Assembly: GCF_048593235.1 (NCBI RefSeq)
Contig: NC_133619.1
Span: forward strand, 524,733,644 to 524,797,643
Direction of reading: 5' to 3'
Source: Sminthopsis crassicaudata
Lineage: Eukaryota
DNA length: 64,000 nt
Under the pieces are notes generated by a model. It worked only from the letters and a program-made list of their open reading frames with translations. It was not told where the DNA came from and made no database searches. How positions within the stretch are numbered: position 1 is the first letter of the stretch; each line of letters opens with the position of its first letter. Position numbers and translations under genes: made by a program. This document shows positions 56,212 through 64,000 of the stretch, piece after piece.

Positions 56212-59200
56212 CGGGGCCCGGGGTTCGGCGAGGCCCCACCTTTCTCCATCAGCGCAGCCGAACCCAGAGTGACTCTAGACGTGGCAGGTAAGCACGTTAA
56301 TTTTCTATTTGATACTGGGGCCTGTTTTTCAGTTCTATTATCCCACTCTGGTCCAACGTGCCCTTCCCCCCGTAAAGTAATGGGGATTGAAGGGAACCTC
56401 CAGAGCTGCTTGGAAACTTTTCCTCTACCTTGTAGATGTGGAGATTTGCTGTTTCCATACTCCTTTTTAATTATTCCTTCCTGTCCCATTCCTCTATTGG
56501 GTCGGGATTTAATAGAGAAGCTGGGAACCCAATTCTCTCTGCTCAAATCTCCAAGTGATATATTTGTGCTCCTTCTGAGACTGTCCCATGTTCCTTATGA
56601 AATCTGGGAGGACATAGACTCTTCCGTCTGGGATCAGGGCATTCCTGGAAGGGCAATGCATGCTATACCAGCCCTCGTTAAACTACGGGATCCTACTGTG
56701 TTCCCACATAGACGGCAGTATCCAATTAAGCAGGAGGACAGGATTGGGTTACAGCCTTTGATTGAGAAGTTCCTTAAGTTTAAACTTCTGACTCCTTGCC
56801 TATCTTCCTGTAATACTCCTATCCTTCCTGTTAAGAAAGAGAATGGGGATTATCCTATGGTACAAGATTTAAGGGCAATTAATGAAGCAGTTATCCCAAT
56901 CCATCCCATAGTACCTAATCCCTATACTATACTTACCCAGATCCCAGGGAATACTCAATGGTTTACTACACTGGACCTAAAGGATGCTTTCTTTTGTATT
57001 CCTCTGCACAAGGACTGCCAATTTCTCTTTGCCTTTGAATGGGCAAAGCCAGGTGGACTTCCTGGCCAATTAACCTCGGGGGTCCTCCTAGGTTTTAGAA
57101 ATAGTCCACATTTATTCGGGCAAGCCCTAGCGAAAGATTTGAGAGATCTTGAGCTGCCCGGCAGCAGCCTTATTCAATATGTGGATGATATCTTGCTCTG
57201 CAGTCCTCCAAGGGAGGAGTCTCTGGCAGCGACTGTAAAAACCTTGAATTTCTTAGCCTCAAGAGGTTACAGGGTCTCTCTATCCAAGGCCCACATTGCC
57301 TGCCAATCTGTCAAATACTTGGGTCACAATCTCACCCCCACCTCTCGCTCTCTAACTGAGGAGAGGAAGCAGGCTATCTTAAGTATCCCACTTCCTGTTT
57401 CTAAGAAACAGCTGAGAACCTTCTTAGGTATGGCGGGCTTCTGCAGAATCTGGATTCCAAACTTTGGGATTATTGCTAAACCCCTCTATGATTCTATTCA
57501 AGGCCCCGATAATCTCCCTCTCGAATGGGGACCTGAGCAGGCCAATGCTTTCAAAACCTTGAAAGCCAAGTTAACCTCTGCCCCTGCTCTCGCCCTGCCT
57601 GACTTACAGAAACCTTTCATTCTGTATGTAGATGAAAGGCGCGGGCAGGCTTTGGAAGTCCTTACTCAGTCTCTGGGACCAGATCCCAGGCCAGTGGCCT
57701 ATTTTTCAAAGAAGCTGGACTCAGTTTCTCTAGGATGGCCTTCCTGCCTTAGAGCAGTAGCAGCGGCAGCCCTCTTAATAAAGGAAGCCTCTAAACTTGA
57801 TGGGGGCTGTAGCCCCTTGATATTCCTTGTTTGATCTCCAACTCCATTTGGGACTTGGACTTTGATGTGGTCAAACCAGTTTGGGCTATCTGAGCTGGTT
57901 GGAGTTTTATAGCCCCCCATTCTAATCTGCTCAAACAGACCAAATGTCACAGCAGGGGAAGAGACTTCTGTCTCTACTCAAAAGATTACAAGAGAATCCT
58001 TATCTTATCTACATCACTCTCCTGAACCTCCTTAGATCAATGCATTTGATTAATTATGCTTTGTATAAAATAGGGAACCCAAAAATCTATTCTTTGCAAA
58101 ACTGGCCTTGTACCTTGCAGCCATTTTGCCCACCTACTCTCCGGTGTTTCTATTCTAATCAATAAAGACTTTGTTTCTACACAGCCTTGAGTAGCGAAAT
58201 TCATTGGCTAACTGGACCGCCTGTTGGGACTTTGGGAAGGAGAAAGAGATTATTAGACCTCCTGAAAGGAACTGACCCATCTCGGTTTAGACCCTCAGTT
58301 TACTCCTCATCAAACTGACCTTGGGGTCACCATTACAGGCTTTAATCCCCACTCTCTTACTAGATACCCCTGACTTGACTCTTAGAATTTGCCACACGCT
58401 AAATCCTGCCACCCTTCTCCATGACGTCTCTCAATCTGGAGAGATGTCCATAATTGCGAGGACATTATAGACTCCGTATACTCCAGCAGAGCTGACTTAA
58501 AGGAAATTCCTCTTGAGAACCCAGATGAGGAATGGTTCACGGACGGGTCTAGCTTCCTCAAGAATAGGGAGAGAAAGGCGGGTTATGCAGTGGCATCTCT
58601 TTATAACGCCCTGGAAGCTAAGCCATTGCCTCCTGGCACCTCAGCACAGAAATCCGAACTTATAGCATTAACCAGGGCTTTAGTACTGGGGAAGGGGATG
58701 AGAGTCTGATTCCAAATATGCTTTTCATGTTTTGCATGCTCATGGAGCTATTTGGAAAGAAAAGGGCTTGTTAACAGCAAGGAATTCTCCCATTAAACAC
58801 TCGGGAGAAATTCTACGTCTATTACAAGCTGTCCACGAACCCAAGGAGGTCTCGGTTATATTTTGCAGAGGGCACCAGAAGGGAGAGTCACTTCAGGCCA
58901 AGGGAAATAGGCTGGCAGATGCAGCTGCTAAAACGGCTGCCCTTACGCCTCTATTGACACCTTTAATTCCCCAGCTGTCTGAGTCTTTTACTCCTTCCTA
59001 TAGCACACAGGAGAAAGCTCTGGCAGAACAAAGGGGGTACAGTCTTTCTCCCTCTGGTTGGTACCAGATTCTCTCAGACCACCTTAGTTCCAGAGGTAAA
59101 TCAGTGGAAACTGATCTCTGGTCTGCACCAGGCTACGCATCTGGGGAGGAATGCCCTCCACTCTTTGGTTGAACGCATTTTCACTGGCCATAAGCTGGGG

Positions 59201-60186
59201 GAAACGATCAGGCAAGTCTGCCAGGCCTGTCCAATTTGTGCCCAGGTGAATCCTGAGGGAGCCGTTAAACCCCCACCTTTCCTGAAGCCAATTCAGAGGA
59301 GAAGCACTTACCCTGGCGAGGATGGCAACTAGATTTCACGCATATGCCCCCCTGCAGAGGTTTCAAGTTGCTTCTAGTGTTAGTGGACACATTTACTAAC
59401 TGGGTAGAAGCATTTCCTTGCAGGACTGAGAAAGCCCACTAGGTATCCAAATGCCTGTTAAACAAAATCATACCTCTCTTTAGCTTACCTGTCTTGTTAC
59501 AGAGTGATAACGGGCCTGCCTTTATTTCTCAGGTGACACAAATTGTAGCAAAAGCTCTTAAAATTACTTATGACCTTCACTCTGCCTGGAGACCCCAAGC
59601 CTTGGGGAAGGTGGAGAAAATGAACCACACCCTTAAGCGAATCCTCACTAAATTAAGTCTTGAGACTTGAGAAGATTGGATTAAAAATCTCCCTGTTGGG
59701 CTTCTTAGAATCAGAGTTGCCCCCAGAAAATCTATTAATCTCAGTTCATTTGAATTCTTGTATAGAAGGCCTTTTCTAATAACCGACATTCTTGTCGACC
59801 CTGAACAGCATCTGGTCACTCGATTTGCTTCACAACTTGGTGCAGTTCAGAAGGCCCTTTCTGAGCATCTCCCCAAACCCACAGATGCTCCTACTCAGGC
59901 CAATTCCCCTGTCGATCCCGGGAATATGGTTTATTTAAAGAGCTGGAAAGCCCAGGGGTCTGACCCCCTAGGCATGAAGTGGAAAGGCCCATACAAGGTC
60001 ATCTTAACTGCTCCAAATGCAGTTAAACTGGAAGGGTCCCCCAGCTGGACTCATATTTCTAGGATTAAACATGTTGCTTCTGTTTCAGATAACTCAGTTT
60101 ATTCCTATGAACCTATAGAAGACCTGAAGTTTCTCTTTCGCAAGACGCCTGGGAAAGACGCTGGAGAAAGAAGCTTCTCAGGCTAA
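56212..60186 (+). pseudogene. pol: ERV pro-pol (protease, RT, RNase H, integrase), interrupted
   Basis: LFDTGA protease; RT VQDLRAIN, LDLKDAFF, YVDD with the LPQG motif degraded to VLLG; RNase H WFTDGS at about 58533; integrase LDFTHMP, LQSDNGPAF, GKVEKMN, WKGPY. Open for 521 aa, then broken by a solo LTR and by stops and frameshifts. Confidence 0.96.
57798..58312 (+). mobile_element. Solo LTR of a second ERV family inserted in pol
   Basis: TGATG...CATCA termini, AACT TSD (57794-57797 and 58313-58316), TATAAAA 58064-58070, AATAAA 58161-58166. Removing it restores pol ...EASK-LTLGSPL. Confidence 0.93.
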
Positions 60187-60200
60187 TCTTCTTTCTCCTT

Positions 60201-60836
60201 ATGAGGACTCTACTCTTGATACTTTCTCTCCAGCTTTCTTGGTCCTACTCTGTGGGTCCTGGGAAATGGGGTGACAACTTCCTAGTCAGACTCGGGAACT
60301 CTGTGGGGAATGGGGGTGTCCAGGACTGCTGGGTGTGCCATCACCACTCCCAGGGTGGGTCCCACATGTGGCCTAATGCATTCTTTGCAAAGGCTCAGTT
60401 CCCACAGGCCACCAGCTCCTCAGTAGATGCCACCCCTTTGTACTAGCCAACCCCCTGGGGAACTACTCTGACTCTGCTTTCTGGCTGGGAAGGATCGCAT
60501 ATCTACCCATCACCACATCACAGAGACAGTGGTTGTAAAAGGCTGGCTGGATGAAAGACATTCAAGAGAAAATTCTTACTCCTCCCGATTCTTCCTCTGG
60601 GTGGGGCCCCTGGTTCTTAACCCCCATCCTAACTTCACTTTTACTCATATTTGGTCCTTGTATTTTCAGACTACTGGTGGGAGTCATTTCTTTTAGGCTT
60701 CAGGCTTCGAACTTTCAGCTGCTTCTACAGCCTGCAGACTCTGGGACTCAAGGAAACACACACCCTCTTAGACTCAGCTGCTGCCATCTTCAGATCCCGT
60801 GTTTCCCTTCCTGACATGGACCCCCAAATGAACTAG
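60201..60836 (+). pseudogene. env: ERV env remnant with a large internal deletion
   Basis: Hydrophobic signal MRTLLLILSLQLSWS and SU-type DCWVC motif, joined within about 350 nt to the TM end (LLLIFGPCIFRLLVGVISFRLQ). No fusion peptide or immunosuppressive domain is visible. Confidence 0.85.
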
Positions 60837-60939
60837 GGACATCTCTATGACTATTTCCAGCTTAAAGAAGCTACAGAAGATGAGACCTTCGTCCCTTTTC
60901 CCCAAAAGAATTTGGTGGGACTTGTCTCAGGGGGGAATC

Positions 60940-61336
60940 TGATGGGAATCTGACAAGGGAAACTGAGGCTGGAAACCCCAAAAAGAGTCATTTCCCACGT
61001 TATCTTGACCTAGAAGCCAGTCCAACCCCACCTCTGTTAAGTACCTCCACTTAAGCTCTATACAATTTGAACTATCACTAATCAAACTTTCTATATCTTT
61101 ACTGAAGCCTATTCAAACCCAATAGCTCTGTATTGTCTCAAATCATATATATGATGGGGAAGAATGGGCAGATGAGCAGAATGGACAGAACTCTTAATTC
61201 CATCAAAGAGTTCTGCTCCATTTGAGATCTCTTGATGATTTATAATAAACTTAAACTTCTACTTTTACTTATAATTTAGTAAATTATTTTACTTCACCTG
61301 CGCCTTGTCTCATCAAAAGCCTGCACATCCCCAACA
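60940..61336 (+). mobile_element. 3' LTR (397 bp)
   Basis: TGATGGGAATC...CCCCAACA directly after the polypurine tract; AATAAA 61244-61249. Confidence 0.96.
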
Positions 61337-64000
61337 GAATCATAGTATCTTTTCCCTTGAAGGGAGAAGAGTCTGGATATATCTTTTTTTTCCCAGCTCT
61401 CTTCAACTCAATCTGCCTCCTCCATGAGCAGAGTATTGAGTAATCTGTACCAGTAGAAAGAGAATTCCCTAAAATTGGCCTTTTGAGCCAAAGGTTACTC
61501 TAGCCATGTATTTATTTACTTTTCCTGAAAAAGGCACCCCACCCAGAAAGTAGAGTTTGACGCCCAGCAGAGGAAGCAGAGACACCCTTTTAAGTATAGA
61601 TATGTAGATACAGCCCTCTAGGGAGGAAGCAACTAAGGAAATTTAACTCAAAGAATAGAGAAAAGAATTCTCCAAAGAGTGAAAAGAAAGAAAAAATCTC
61701 GCACTAGATAACAGGGGTTGGGCCACATTGAGGAATGTATGAGGAGATAAAGGACTTCCCTGCTCAGCAGTTCTAGTAAACCAAAGTCAGATTGAATAAA
61801 ACCAATCTTGGATCTGATGTTTTGTTAGCCTAAACACTGGCAGGTGAGCTGTGCTTTAGAAAAATGTAAATTATTATTGTTATGGAGAACCACTCAAGAT
61901 AGACTCTAATACTTGGATACCCAGAGTTATATTTAGTTATATTAATTATATAGCAGTGGGTTATATAGTTACATTCAGTTTGGCAAATGGCTGAATGAAG
62001 AGGCAAGTCAGTTAACTTCTCCATCATTTTCTTCATCTACCAAAAAAAAAAAAAAAAATGATGTGAAGGAGTTTTCTTATAACCTTTAAACAAGTCAAGA
62101 ACTTCTTCAACTTTAGAGAATTACAGAGAGTTGGCCATTAGGAGGAAAAAAACTCATCACCAGCATACCATATGATAAAAATGGGTATATAATTTAGACA
62201 TAAACAGTGACAAATTAGAACAGGGAGTGTATGTGTCTCACATTGGAAAAAATGCTTTGTAACTACTTCTGTTTTTTGCTATCCTTTTTGAGTAAATGCC
62301 CTCTCTGAACCTGCTAGCTGGCTGTAAGGGGAACATACCAGTGGGAGCTTGATGAGCTGGTATTTGGGATAATAACCATTTACGAGAATGTTTCTAGAAT
62401 CATGGGAGATGTAATAGCCATCTGTGGAGAATCCAACCTGCCAATGGACTCCAGGGAAAGTTCAAACATCTGGCATCCAAAACCCTTCATAACTTGGTTT
62501 CCTTTCTATTAATCACTCCCATGCACAGGATCACAGAGGAAAGCAGGATTTTAGAAACCACCTCATCCAATTCTTATCTGACCCAGAATATCCTCTTTAA
62601 CATACAAGTGGTCCTCTAGCTGGAAGAGTTCAAGTGAAGAGGAACACACTTCCTCCAGAGGCAACGGTTTCATTTTTGGAAGTTTTCCCTTAAGCAAAAA
62701 TTTGCTCCCCAAAATTTATATCCATTGTTCCTAGTTCTGCCCTCTGATGGCAAGCAAAACAAATTAATTCCTCTTCCAGAAGACAGCTTTAAGAACTTGA
62801 AGATAGCTCTCATGTCCTCTACGTTCTAGCCAAACTATTTAACTCTGTTACCTGAACATGTTATTATATCTGCATGCTTTTGTTCTGACTGTTCTGTCCA
62901 CCAGGGATGGAATGGGATGCTCTTCCTCCTTTGTCTATTGGATTCCTATGCAACACAGAATATCACAGTTGTAAAGTATCTCAAATATTACAACTTGTAA
63001 TTTGAAGTTATGTAGAACTTTTAGGGTTGTAAAGCACCATCCTCTCTCATGTCTGGGGTAGGATCCAAACCCAGGTCTCCTGACCCTAATTTTGTCATGC
63101 ACTTGATTATAATAAGTAATGTTTCTACACTCTAAGTTAAATTCTTACACCTAACTATTATCTTCTGCAAGGCCTAGCATAGTGCTTAGCAAATAGTAAA
63201 TACGAGGCTATTAAATGTTTATTAGTGGTAATCGTGGGGAATTGACATATTTCCCCATTACCATGTGGTAGAAGTTCTGTTTGTAGTTTATTTTAGAAGA
63301 GCTGAAGACACACCACAAAAGTGTGCTTCAATGCTTTTATGATCTCATTGATGTCCTTCCTCCCAAAATGCTCAAGATCTGTGCATATCTTCTGTCATAT
63401 TGTGGTTCCTATACTCCCCTAAATGCTCCACAAGTATTAAAAATCCCTTTAGAGGTTTCCTACACCACATGTAGGAGATACTCCTCTAAACCTTTTATCT
63501 TTACATGGATACTAATGCATTATTTGATTACCTACCTCATAGTTTATTCTCAATATATTCGGTGTCTATGGGCCCACATCCTTTGATCATACAGTTCCTG
63601 CATGGTATCTTTCATATGGCAATTCCTATGTGAAAATAATTGTTGGAAATATGCTACAGCCTATTTATAACTACCATATTGTTCTCCATTACCCTTTGGT
63701 AAGAATTTAAACCACAATTGCCATATTAATCCTGAGTGGCAACAAGTTTTCTAAAAGTATATCACTCCTCTAGCAAATGGAAGTAAAAATGGTCCCTGGG
63801 AAACTTCTGAAATTCTACATAATGAAGTTATAACTTTGTGAATCTCAGGAAAATTAATCCTTTAAGTTTTAGTGTAGTCAGATTTTTTTAAAATGATATA
63901 TTTTTCCTTTGGGGATTTATGCCATATATATGATGGCTCATTATATTCATCAAGAAAGACATTATAAGAAATACAAGTAGATTAACAAATGATTATACTA

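Larger units (their letters stand above)
51097..61336 (+). mobile_element. Class I (gamma-like) endogenous retrovirus, defective full provirus LTR-gag-pro-pol-(deleted env)-LTR
   Basis: Two TG...CA LTRs, GAAT 4-bp TSD (51093-51096 and 61337-61340), PBS 54280-54297, PPT AGGGGGGAA at about 60929-60937, and recognisable gag/pro/RT/RNaseH/IN/env remnants. Confidence 0.97.

Noticed and set aside
61340-64000. Possible 3'UTR of the next syntenic gene (DIXDC1 in eutherians)
   Set aside because: No coding exon or recognisable sequence lies in the window; synteny alone is insufficient.

Overview
Mammalian genomic DNA, most likely from a dasyurid marsupial (inferred from the tRNA/CORE-type SINE and the L1 3'UTR type). 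It carries the conserved gene block SDHD(-), TIMM8B(+), NKAPD1(-), PIH1D2(+), DLAT(-). I traced all five coding sequences exon by exon: each has GT-AG junctions and an intact frame. There are two head-to-head CpG-island promoters. About 1.5 kb upstream of DLAT lies a 10.2-kb class I (gamma-like) endogenous provirus (51097-61336, GAAT target-site duplication (TSD), perfect tRNA-Ile PBS). The provirus has itself been hit twice: an antisense L1 in its 5' LTR and a foreign solo LTR inside pol. Other notable signals are an L1 3' transduction, an L1 and a SINE stacked at one target site, a nonsense codon shared by two separate L1 copies, a UGA readthrough structure at gag-pol, and a candidate alternative-frame ORF across SDHD. 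Coordinates were counted by hand and may be off by a few bases, more so at repeat edges.
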